Shown here: piece after piece, positions 16,987 through 24,715 of the stretch
Layout of the letters: each line of letters opens with the position of its first letter
How positions within the stretch are numbered: position 1 is the first letter of the stretch
IMG/VR virus record: IMGVR_UViG_3300025196_000011
Coordinates: 9,030 to 73,029 of that record
DNA: 64,000 nt
DNA from: a virus
Lineage: Duplodnaviria > Caudoviricetes
Direction: 5' to 3' (one strand)
Notes under the pieces: model-generated
Told to the model about the DNA's origin: nothing
The model's database searches: none
Seen by the model: the letters and a program-made list of their open reading frames with translations, nothing else
Program-made: the position numbers and the translations under genes

Positions 16987-18437
16987 ATCGCATTACCACT
17001 GTCGGCCGTTCGGGTTAAGTTAATGGTGATACTATTGTCGCTCAAAAACGCCCATTCATGGGGTTTGACGGGGTTTTGTCCGACGTCCTCACCGCTCACG
17101 GTAAAATCACTGATACGGTCTTGAAAGGCCGATATACCGCCGCGCAATCGCGTTGATAATTCCTGCAAGTTAAAGCCATCGGCGTTATGGTGATTGGCGG
17201 CAAGCGAACCTTTGCCATAATCCACAAGCAATAGCTCTTTTATCTGCACGCGCACTGAATCTATATCGTGAACGGCGGCCAAACGGCCAGTTATGGTGAT
17301 TTTGTACGGCCGCTCAATGGCACTCATAACCCTAACGCGGCCATCAAGCAAGCTGTCGGCGCGCGCTACCAATTGCTGAATATCGGTGATTAATTGCGCC
17401 CGCTCAAGCTCGGTGTTGAGCTTGGGTACAATCGCAAGGTTTAAGTGATTGATACTATCAAGCGACGCTCCGTAATAGCGTTCGTGGGCGGTTTCATTCC
17501 ATATCGCCATGTAATTTAAACGGCTCATAAAATGCTGCATAATCAAAAAGGTAAAATTACCCATAAAAACGGCGTTACGGTCATACATCGACGGGAAACT
17601 AGCCAATAGCCGCAATTGATTAATTGTTAAAGGGTTCGCGCCCGCCCGCGTCATATCGCCGGCCTTAAAGTAAATATTTAACGCGCTTTCGTCGCTGTCT
17701 GCAATCTCACTGAGCGACGCTTGTTTTAGGCTGGCTGGGTCAACCTCGCCATAGGTTTGAGTGATGGCCACCTCGTACACTTCGCCGGCTTGCACGGTTT
17801 TGCCCGCGCGGTCACTTGCCCCAAAAATCACGTTAATATTGCTTAGATTGTCGCTTTGTAGGGTGTAGATTGGCTGATTGATGCCGGCGTTCATAAATTT
17901 AGGGGTATGCTGGTAAACCTCACCGCTGGTCACGTTGGTTATGCCAATCGATGAAAAATAGGCGTCGTCGGTGGTGCTTAGGCTCATGGTATAAAACGGC
18001 TCATTTACCGGTATGGTGACACGGCCATAATTGACCGTGCTTTGCTCGGCCAATACTGTTTTGGTTGCGCCCGCGCCCACGGTAATCGCTGCCAGCAAGC
18101 GCCATTGTCTGCCCGTGCCATCTTCAAGCAAACGCCCTTGGGATAAGGTCAAGGTCTTAGCGGCGGCGTTCTCGATGGTTATTTTGTGCTGGCATGGCGT
18201 GGCTACCGGTAAAATGCCCTTGTTGATGGCGTCGGCTATGATGGTTCGGTTTTTGGACTTGATAAACGGCTCAATCGCGTTCACATCATTGTCACGTTTT
18301 AAGAATACGGCCGCCTCAACGATAGACGTTAGCATGGCTCTGACAGTAGGGTCGCCGGCGCGCCATCGCTCCGCCACTTCCGGATAATCGTTAATATGGC
18401 TGCCGATGCTTTCTAGTATGTTATTGCGCTCTGACAT
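16974..18437 (-). CDS. Baseplate J-like wedge protein (P1 BplA-like)
   Basis: 487 aa; W-J-I gene order; LSQGRLLEDGTGRQW...Q motifs. Confidence 0.7.
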   Translation of the reverse strand: MSERNNILESIGSHINDYPEVAERWRAGDPTVRAMLTSIVEAAVFLKRDNDVNAIEPFIKSKNRTIIADAINKGILPVATPCQHKITIENAAAKTLTLSQGRLLEDGTGRQWRLLAAITVGAGATKTVLAEQSTVNYGRVTIPVNEPFYTMSLSTTDDAYFSSIGITNVTSGEVYQHTPKFMNAGINQPIYTLQSDNLSNINVIFGASDRAGKTVQAGEVYEVAITQTYGEVDPASLKQASLSEIADSDESALNIYFKAGDMTRAGANPLTINQLRLLASFPSMYDRNAVFMGNFTFLIMQHFMSRLNYMAIWNETAHERYYGASLDSINHLNLAIVPKLNTELERAQLITDIQQLVARADSLLDGRVRVMSAIERPYKITITGRLAAVHDIDSVRVQIKELLLVDYGKGSLAANHHNADGFNLQELSTRLRGGISAFQDRISDFTVSGEDVGQNPVKPHEWAFLSDNSITINLTRTADSGNAIWTM

Positions 18438-18753
18438 TGTAAAAATCCTGATTTAAAGTTTCGGTTTCAGCTTCGCCAAGCTCGATATTAATACCGCCAA
18501 TATTTAGATAGACATATAGCTTGTCAAAGTCGGCCGTTAAGGTGCTAACGCTCAACTGGTTTTCGTTAAGCTGATTTAATAACGGTATGTCCGCCCTGAG
18601 CTTCTTAAGTAAGCTGTCGGCGTTATCGGCGCTCAACTCTTTAAGCAGCATACTGCGCACGTCCGCGCCGTAGCTTTGGCCAAAATAGCCGTTTGGCGGC
18701 GTTGATAGCCAGTGCTCAACCATGTTTTTTATGTCTGTCGCTTCAATGCTCAT
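18421..18753 (-). CDS. Baseplate gp25/gpW-like protein
   Basis: VEHWLSTPPNGYFGQSYGAD motif. Confidence 0.7.
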   Translation of the reverse strand: MSIEATDIKNMVEHWLSTPPNGYFGQSYGADVRSMLLKELSADNADSLLKKLRADIPLLNQLNENQLSVSTLTADFDKLYVYLNIGGINIELGEAETETLNQDFYNVRAQ

Positions 18754-18762
18754 AAGTAATCC

Positions 18763-19146
18763 TTAGTCACGCCCGCCCGCGCTTACTTTATGAGCCAGTG
18801 CCACAAAGCCGCCACTACTGACAAAAATTAAGACGATATTTAGCCATATCAGCGTTATACCGATGGCAAACAAGGCGACAAGCAAGCCCGCCCCGCCCGC
18901 GCCCCATGTTTGGCTGTCCACCATCAGGCCAAAAAATCGCCACAATAAAAAGATAAAGAACGCCCAAAAAGGCGTGGCCACAAGGGTTGCTCGTTTGGCC
19001 ACGCTGGCCAATGCGGCCGACAATATATTAACGTCCATCAGCGCGCGAATGGCCATGACGCGGGCGCGTACTTCAAACACAAGATAGGCGACGATAGCCC
19101 ATAGCGCGGCACTCAAAAACGCATCGATAATGTATTGATTTTGCAT
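18763..19146 (-). CDS. Membrane protein of unknown function
   Basis: About 3 hydrophobic segments; follows Hdf-like gene. Confidence 0.6.
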   Translation of the reverse strand: MQNQYIIDAFLSAALWAIVAYLVFEVRARVMAIRALMDVNILSAALASVAKRATLVATPFWAFFIFLLWRFFGLMVDSQTWGAGGAGLLVALFAIGITLIWLNIVLIFVSSGGFVALAHKVSAGGRD

Positions 19147-19154
19147 GATAACGC

Positions 19155-19682
19155 CTATTTTGTATCGGTTAATTGTGCCAATTGCGCTTGTAGTGTTTGC
19201 TTCTCAGCGGTTTTGGTGGCGATGACGGTATCAAGCTCTTTTGCGGTTTCAAAAAGCGCCGCCTTTTGCTGGGCTTTATTCATCGGCGGCTTGCCAGTAG
19301 TGGTAGGCCTTTTAACTTTCATCTTGGCGCGCTTGGCTTGAAATGCCTTTTGTCCGGTGTTGATGATATTGGCCACGCCATCGACGGACTGTTCAAACGA
19401 GGGTTTGTAGCTGTTATCAAAGTCACCGGTTAAGGGTACGTTTTTGCCGTTAATATCCATGCGGATTAAATCAAGCGCGCCATCTTCTGCGGCTAAGCGT
19501 AAATAGATTTTGACGGTTTGGCCGTTTTCTAAAACCATATTGACCGGCCGAACGCTTGCGCCTGAGACGCGCTTCACTCTCTCAACCTCTAAGATGGCGA
19601 TGGCCTGTTTGGTGCTTTTGGCCAAACGCTTAGAAAAGTCTTTGACCAGTGGGGTTTTTTCGGTAATGTCTGATAATTTCAT
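19155..19682 (-). CDS. Hdf-like protein (stand-alone DarA N-domain homologue)
   Basis: VKRVSGASVRPVNMVLENGQTVKIYLR...RMDINGKNVPL...KAFQAKRAKMKV resembles the DarA_N/Hdf family. Confidence 0.7.
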   Translation of the reverse strand: MKLSDITEKTPLVKDFSKRLAKSTKQAIAILEVERVKRVSGASVRPVNMVLENGQTVKIYLRLAAEDGALDLIRMDINGKNVPLTGDFDNSYKPSFEQSVDGVANIINTGQKAFQAKRAKMKVKRPTTTGKPPMNKAQQKAALFETAKELDTVIATKTAEKQTLQAQLAQLTDTK

Positions 19683-19715
19683 AGGGATACGCCTTTAAAG
19701 ATTTATTATAAATCC

Positions 19716-19755
19716 ATTGTATGCGGGTTCACGCTTGGCGCGCGGGCGGTGTTCC
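19716..19755 (-). promoter_or_regulatory. Late promoter (hdf-baseplate operon)
   Basis: GGAACACC 19748-19755, 26 nt, TACAAT. Confidence 0.75.
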
Positions 19756-19758
19756 AAT

Positions 19759-19790
19759 AAAAAAACCGCCCCATATTGAGGCGGTTTTTT
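19759..19790. terminator. Bidirectional intrinsic terminator
   Basis: A7-CCGCC...GGCGG-T6. Confidence 0.75.
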
Positions 19791-19807
19791 AACACTGAGC
19801 GGCGGTA

Positions 19808-20710
19808 TTAGATACCAAGTGATTTTGAATGACGTTTTAAAGCAGCGGCTTGCAAGCCTTTGGTATTGCCTTTGTAGATATTGGCACGAATACCTTTACC
19901 TAATGAGCGCATTTGTTTGCGAATGGCTGTACCGGTCGAGGCTTTACGGCGGGCTTTTTTAAGCGCCGCTTTTTGGCCAGCTTTCAAAAACGGCTTGCCG
20001 CTGATACGCTTATTAATCACGACGCGCTTGCCGTTACGAATCGCTTTAACGGCTTTATAAACCAAGGTTTTGCCGTTTACTTTTTTAACGGTTTTCTTAC
20101 CAACGCGGCGCTTGGCGGCGGCATCAAACATATATTCTGTGTCATTATTCATGCTGTCGAATACTTCGCCCTCGCCCTCGTTGTCATCTTCATCACCGTA
20201 AGCAAAAGCGGCGGCGAACTCTTCAAGGTCATCGCCATCATCAGGCATGTTTTCAAGCACGGTTTCAGCGGCCAAGGTCACGGCGGCGTCTGCGACTTCG
20301 ACGTCGCTATCGAATAAATCTTCAATCACGGCATCTTCAACGCCAAGGGTAGACAAGGCATCAGCAACATGCGCCGAAAAAACAGTTTTTACCTTATCAT
20401 CAACGTCGCCGCCGTCGTACTCTTCGTCGTCGTCATCAGCAAACGCTTCAAGCATCAGCGAATCTAGCAATTCACTCGGTAGCAGCGCGTCGCTGTCGTA
20501 TTCCGTATCATTCAGCATAGCGGCAAGTGAAAAGGCCACCGATAGCGCTTGAATACGCATTTGGCTGGTCGCCACCAAGGCCATACGCTCGCTAATCGGG
20601 TCGGCGTTTAGCTTATCGACGGCTTCTTGTGGGCTTAGGGCGTCAAACTGGTTTTGCGTGCGCTCAAAATTGCGGTCATGGCGGCGTTGCATGGTTTTAG
20701 GGCTTAACAT
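19808..20710 (-). CDS. Prohead core-like protein: acidic pro-region plus strongly basic C-terminal ~103 aa
   Basis: D/E-rich up to YMFDA, then about 33 K/R and no D/E. Confidence 0.65.
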   Translation of the reverse strand: MLSPKTMQRRHDRNFERTQNQFDALSPQEAVDKLNADPISERMALVATSQMRIQALSVAFSLAAMLNDTEYDSDALLPSELLDSLMLEAFADDDDEEYDGGDVDDKVKTVFSAHVADALSTLGVEDAVIEDLFDSDVEVADAAVTLAAETVLENMPDDGDDLEEFAAAFAYGDEDDNEGEGEVFDSMNNDTEYMFDAAAKRRVGKKTVKKVNGKTLVYKAVKAIRNGKRVVINKRISGKPFLKAGQKAALKKARRKASTGTAIRKQMRSLGKGIRANIYKGNTKGLQAAALKRHSKSLGI

Positions 20711-20781
20711 ATCTCAATCCTTTTTAGGTTTGTAAAAAACGGTTGGGGCTTGGCGTTATTGGCTTAATAACGCCTTACCGG

Positions 20782-22158
20782 TTATTTGGTAACGGTGCTT
20801 TCAAAGTACACTTGGCGCGCGCAACCTTGCGGGCGGCGGCTCAATTTAACATCGGCTTTGGTGAACGGGTTATCGGCGCGCGGCGTGATTTGTAGCGCGT
20901 AATAACGGCCGGCAAGCTCTGTTGACTGCGTAAGCAAGCCCGCGTCTGCGCAAGCGTCTAAGAACTTGGTACAATCATCGGTTGCATCAGTGATAAAGCT
21001 ACTCATGCCTTTCAATAAATGCTTTTTGACGATGGACACAACGACGTTTGCCGTGTAGGTTTCAATCTCTGACGAATTGATAAGCTGTAGCGCGCTGGTG
21101 GTGCTGTCATATTGGGTTAAGACGTCGCCATAAATCCAGCGGTCGCCGCCCTCAAAGCGTTCGTTAATAACGACGTTCACGCCGGCCTTGGCAAGTGCGT
21201 TTTGCGCCTCTTCATCAAGGGTTAGGCCGCCAAACTTTTCGGTATCACGAAACGATAACGGAAAGTCGTAGCCAGCAATCGGACGGTGAATAGGCGGGAT
21301 ACCGGACGCGGTTGTTAAGGCGTTACGCAACAACAATTGCGCCAAGTAGTCACCAACGCACGGCCGCCATTTTTTACGGGCAAGCACGGTCGTTGCATTG
21401 CTTGGACGTGACTTGTTTGGATTCCAAAATACCCATAAGCGGTGGTCGTCGATATTAATGGATTCAGTGATAGCAACGGCCGCTTCCCAATTGTCGATAT
21501 TGCCAATATCTAGCAGTACGTGACAATTGAGCTTGCCCATCGTTTCGGCCAAGGCTTCAACATGCGGCAAGCTGCCAATCTCACACGTTGCGATATAACG
21601 TGGACGGTCGCGCATATCGAGCAAGGCGTTTTTCATTTCAATCGGGGTTAAGTCGGTTACGCTGCTGGCTGGCACGTCGATAACGGCTTCTTGAATACGA
21701 TAAGCGCCAAGGGCATTTAATGCGCCGGCCGTTTCAATGGCCGTCTTAATTGCCTGAGCGTCACTGGTTTTATAACTTGTGACCACGCTTTCAAAAAAGT
21801 CATATTGGCTATCAAGCGCACCGTAAAAATCCAGCTTACTTGTCATATAACCAAAATTGTCGGCGTGGGCTTCTTCCAGTGCTTCAACGCCGCCGCCAGT
21901 GTATAAACGGCCTTTTAATTCCGTTACTTTACTGCCGTCGATTTTGTCTGCAAAAGTCACTTTAAAGACTAAGCTATTGAGCGGGTCACTTGCCGGCGCA
22001 ACGGTTTTTTCATCAACCACCATCACGCGAGCGACGACGTTTGAATCAAAAGCGTAATGCGTGACAAGCTCAATGCTTGCCAGCGCGGCGGGGTTAGGCT
22101 CTGCGCTTAGCGTCATAGATGACGCAAGGATACTGAGGTATAACGTCTGTGGGGTCAT
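20782..22158 (-). CDS. Tail sheath core protein lacking the canonical N-terminal domain (start refined to ATG 22158, 458 aa)
   Basis: C-terminal sheath signature FLDACADAGLL...DVKLSRRPQGCARQVYFESTVTK (P1 gp22 CPTGVARRI-like); PIAGYDFPL; QNALAKAGVNVV. Confidence 0.85.
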   Translation of the reverse strand: MTPQTLYLSILASSMTLSAEPNPAALASIELVTHYAFDSNVVARVMVVDEKTVAPASDPLNSLVFKVTFADKIDGSKVTELKGRLYTGGGVEALEEAHADNFGYMTSKLDFYGALDSQYDFFESVVTSYKTSDAQAIKTAIETAGALNALGAYRIQEAVIDVPASSVTDLTPIEMKNALLDMRDRPRYIATCEIGSLPHVEALAETMGKLNCHVLLDIGNIDNWEAAVAITESINIDDHRLWVFWNPNKSRPSNATTVLARKKWRPCVGDYLAQLLLRNALTTASGIPPIHRPIAGYDFPLSFRDTEKFGGLTLDEEAQNALAKAGVNVVINERFEGGDRWIYGDVLTQYDSTTSALQLINSSEIETYTANVVVSIVKKHLLKGMSSFITDATDDCTKFLDACADAGLLTQSTELAGRYYALQITPRADNPFTKADVKLSRRPQGCARQVYFESTVTK

Positions 22159-22165
22159 AATAAAA

Positions 22166-22231
22166 TGCCTATACTGTGTTGGTATCAACTCAGTATAGGC
22201 AAGGTTTGCTTTAGGCCTTTAGGGGTGTTCC
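22166..22231 (-). promoter_or_regulatory. Late promoter plus inverted repeat (sheath core)
   Basis: GGAACACC 22224-22231, 26 nt, TATACT inside IR TGCCTATACTG...CAGTATAGGCA. Confidence 0.8.
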
Positions 22232-22254
22232 ATCAAAGCGGGCGGCGTTAAAGC

Positions 22255-22962
22255 CTATGCCGGTGCTGGGGTTACTGTCATAGTAAAGTCTGTTTTAAAG
22301 ATGATGGTATCGGTCGCTTTATCATAAACCGCTTGCGATAAGCCGTTTTCATCAAGCGTTGGCCACTTACCGACTAGCATTTCTTTGACCGCATCAAAAA
22401 CATCGACGTGCAAGTCATGGTCGCCTCTAAATAAATCCTCTATTTCTCGCGCCGTGCATCGGTGTAGCGTTAGGGTTGCCGGTTGATAATTAATGCGCAA
22501 ATTTGCATAATCAAAGTTTGCGTCATTAAATCCGGCATTGTCATCAATCAGCGCTTGCAACTCATTGACCGGCGTTGCGTCTACCAATTCCCGCCAGTTA
22601 TACGGCAAGTCGCCGTTTGAGCCAAAAGACTTTAAAAACTCTTTTAACGTGTACTCATTAAAAGCGGCCATTGCCATTGTTGTCGGCGTAGTAATTAAGC
22701 CTCCCCCATTGTGTGGCGGGTAAATATTTGTACCGATAATGGTGTACGGGTCACTACTTGATAAAAAGCTCTTAGAGTACCAATTCCAATTGCCGGAATC
22801 ACCGTTGCTGTACCCCATAAAATACGGGAATAACAAAGAGAATACCGCTATTTGCTCATACTGAATTTCTGACGAATCATCATTATCCACATCGATATAA
22901 CTTTGAATAACGGGTAAGTCATCGTTAATTTGAACCTTTAAACATGCTGCTGCGCCTCTCAT
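22255..22962 (-). CDS. Hypothetical protein (235 aa) translationally coupled to the short sheath-N module gene
   Basis: ATGA overlap with 22959-23321; GGAG RBS; AT-rich. Confidence 0.7.
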   Translation of the reverse strand: MRGAAACLKVQINDDLPVIQSYIDVDNDDSSEIQYEQIAVFSLLFPYFMGYSNGDSGNWNWYSKSFLSSSDPYTIIGTNIYPPHNGGGLITTPTTMAMAAFNEYTLKEFLKSFGSNGDLPYNWRELVDATPVNELQALIDDNAGFNDANFDYANLRINYQPATLTLHRCTAREIEDLFRGDHDLHVDVFDAVKEMLVGKWPTLDENGLSQAVYDKATDTIIFKTDFTMTVTPAPA

Positions 22963-23321
22963 ACACCTATCTCCGTTCGTCTAAAAATAATCTCGGTTAC
23001 TGGCGTCACTTTTAGATAGCTGACGACGCCTTTCTTAGCGGGCGCGCTACCTGTGCTGCCCGTTCGCAAAATAGACAGCTCATTCACGCCATTTTTAAAG
23101 GCGTCCTCTACCGCAAGGTAGCTTGGGTTTGATGGGTCATGGCCTAGCAGCGCTTTGTAATTGCTGGCGGTCACTTTAAACGGTTTGTCTAAGCGGCCGC
23201 GCTTAAAACGGCCAGTGATAACGCCATTGGCCAATGACGGTAGCGGGGTCGTTTCTGACTTATCGATGACGTCTTGCCGCTGAACGCCTACCGCCTCGCC
23301 TAATATCTTAGTTTCAATCAT
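22959..23321 (-). CDS. Sheath N-terminal-domain module 4 (short tail, 120 aa)
   Basis: MIETKILGEAVGVQRQ...ITGRFKRGRLDKPFKVTASNYKALLG...AFKNGVNELSILR. Confidence 0.85.
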   Translation of the reverse strand: MIETKILGEAVGVQRQDVIDKSETTPLPSLANGVITGRFKRGRLDKPFKVTASNYKALLGHDPSNPSYLAVEDAFKNGVNELSILRTGSTGSAPAKKGVVSYLKVTPVTEIIFRRTEIGV

Positions 23322-23326
23322 AATAA

Positions 23327-23392
23327 AAGCCTATATTGAGTTTGGTTTACTCAGTATAGGCTTGGTCTTGCTTATAGGTTAGCGGGTGTTCC
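23327..23392 (-). promoter_or_regulatory. Late promoter plus inverted repeat
   Basis: GGAACACC 23385-23392, 26 nt, TATACT; IR 23327-23363. Confidence 0.8.
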
Positions 23393-23393
23393 T

Positions 23394-24641
23394 TTACGAA
23401 TCAAAGTCTCCATACTCAAAAATTATGCCGTAATTACCAAACTCATTAATAGCTCTTCCTATTAGCATTTGTGTATTAGTAACACCAGCCATATTTATCG
23501 CAAAGTTAGGGCTTTTGCTAGTAGTGTGACTGATACTTAAATAACCGCCTGAGTTGGCGTGATTGATTTCATCAAAATCAATCGGGTTTGACCAATCTGA
23601 CCAGCCATTTTCATTTATCCGTATAGTCGCGCCTTTCACTTGGCTGTCATAAGCGCTGTCTGCAAAAAAATTGCCAAAATTGAGGTTATTTTCTCCGCCA
23701 TTGCCAATGTTTTCGGGGTTATATTCATAAAGCACGTCTGCGCGTGAGGTTTCCGCGTCTCTTGTTCTAATCCTACGGCCATAAGTTGGCGTAATATCGT
23801 CTTGCGGCGGCGTCACCTCTTTAGCTAGCACCGCCCTTGCGCAACTCTTAAAAAGAACGGGGTCGCCATTATCATTAGCTCCATCAACGCCGTAATACAT
23901 ATCTTCATTACGGGGCACTCCCTCAGTTGGGTAAACCGCAAGTGTGGTTTGTACGGGCGTTATTTTTTCTACGCCTAAAAGGACGGGCGGGCTGTCAAAA
24001 TCTACCGCTCCTAAGTCCATTAACATTAAGTCTCTAAGGTCATAAGGTGTGTTGTCAAAAACAACCTTGCCATCTGACGCAATGCCGGAAAATGCCATAA
24101 AAGGCTGATTATTTTCATCATCAAACGACGGCGAGCCATCACCCATAGAAGAAAAATTTTGACATATAAAGCCCATTGAGCCAGCGTTGTAGTCCGTGCC
24201 TAGCAATACAAGGTCTAGCAAAAACTGCATAGGGTTCTCTTGATATTTCGGGTCTAAAGTCGTTAAGGTTTTACGCTGTCCGCCATTCAATGAGGTAGTA
24301 ATATGGAAGTTTGGACTTTCAGCTAAACGGACTTTTACCTCGTTCGGCATACAGTTGCCGCCCGCGCTGCCCGTTTGGCCAACGCGCAAAACAAAAAGCT
24401 CGCTCACGCCGTTTTTAAAGGCGTCCTCAACGGCTAAATAACTGGGGTTAGATGGGTCATGGCCTAAAAGACTGCGGTAATTAGCACTTGTCACGGTAAA
24501 CGGCTTATCCATGCGCCCGCGTTTAAAGTGACCAGCGATAACGCCGTTATTGAGCGAGGGTAAAACCGTCGTTTCTGATTTATCAATCACGTCTTGGCGT
24601 TGTATGCCTACCGCATCGCCTAATATCTTAGTTTCAATCAT
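23394..24641 (-). CDS. Sheath N-domain module 3 fused to a Cys-bracketed domain and a second unknown domain
   Basis: Same 88-aa N-domain; C...KSCA domain; AT-rich cargo. Confidence 0.85.
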   Translation of the reverse strand: MIETKILGDAVGIQRQDVIDKSETTVLPSLNNGVIAGHFKRGRMDKPFTVTSANYRSLLGHDPSNPSYLAVEDAFKNGVSELFVLRVGQTGSAGGNCMPNEVKVRLAESPNFHITTSLNGGQRKTLTTLDPKYQENPMQFLLDLVLLGTDYNAGSMGFICQNFSSMGDGSPSFDDENNQPFMAFSGIASDGKVVFDNTPYDLRDLMLMDLGAVDFDSPPVLLGVEKITPVQTTLAVYPTEGVPRNEDMYYGVDGANDNGDPVLFKSCARAVLAKEVTPPQDDITPTYGRRIRTRDAETSRADVLYEYNPENIGNGGENNLNFGNFFADSAYDSQVKGATIRINENGWSDWSNPIDFDEINHANSGGYLSISHTTSKSPNFAINMAGVTNTQMLIGRAINEFGNYGIIFEYGDFDS

Positions 24642-24650
24642 AATAAAAAA

Positions 24651-24714
24651 CCTATACTGAGTGGATTATCACTCAGTATAGGCTTAGCTTGGCTTGTGAT
24701 TTTAGCGGTGTTCC
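24651..24714 (-). promoter_or_regulatory. Late promoter plus inverted repeat
   Basis: GGAACACC 24707-24714, 26 nt, TATACT; IR 24651-24682. Confidence 0.8.
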
Positions 24715-24715
24715 A

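Noticed and set aside
12419-22158. T6SS or extracellular contractile injection system/tailocin
   Set aside because: Capsid, portal, terminase, protease and integrase are present; no TssJLM, ClpV or AAA ATPase of eCIS
22940-23000. Programmed -1 frameshift fusing module 4 to the 235-aa ORF
   Set aside because: A -1 slip at the TTTTT run meets TAG at once, and the downstream ORF has its own GGAG RBS with ATGA coupling
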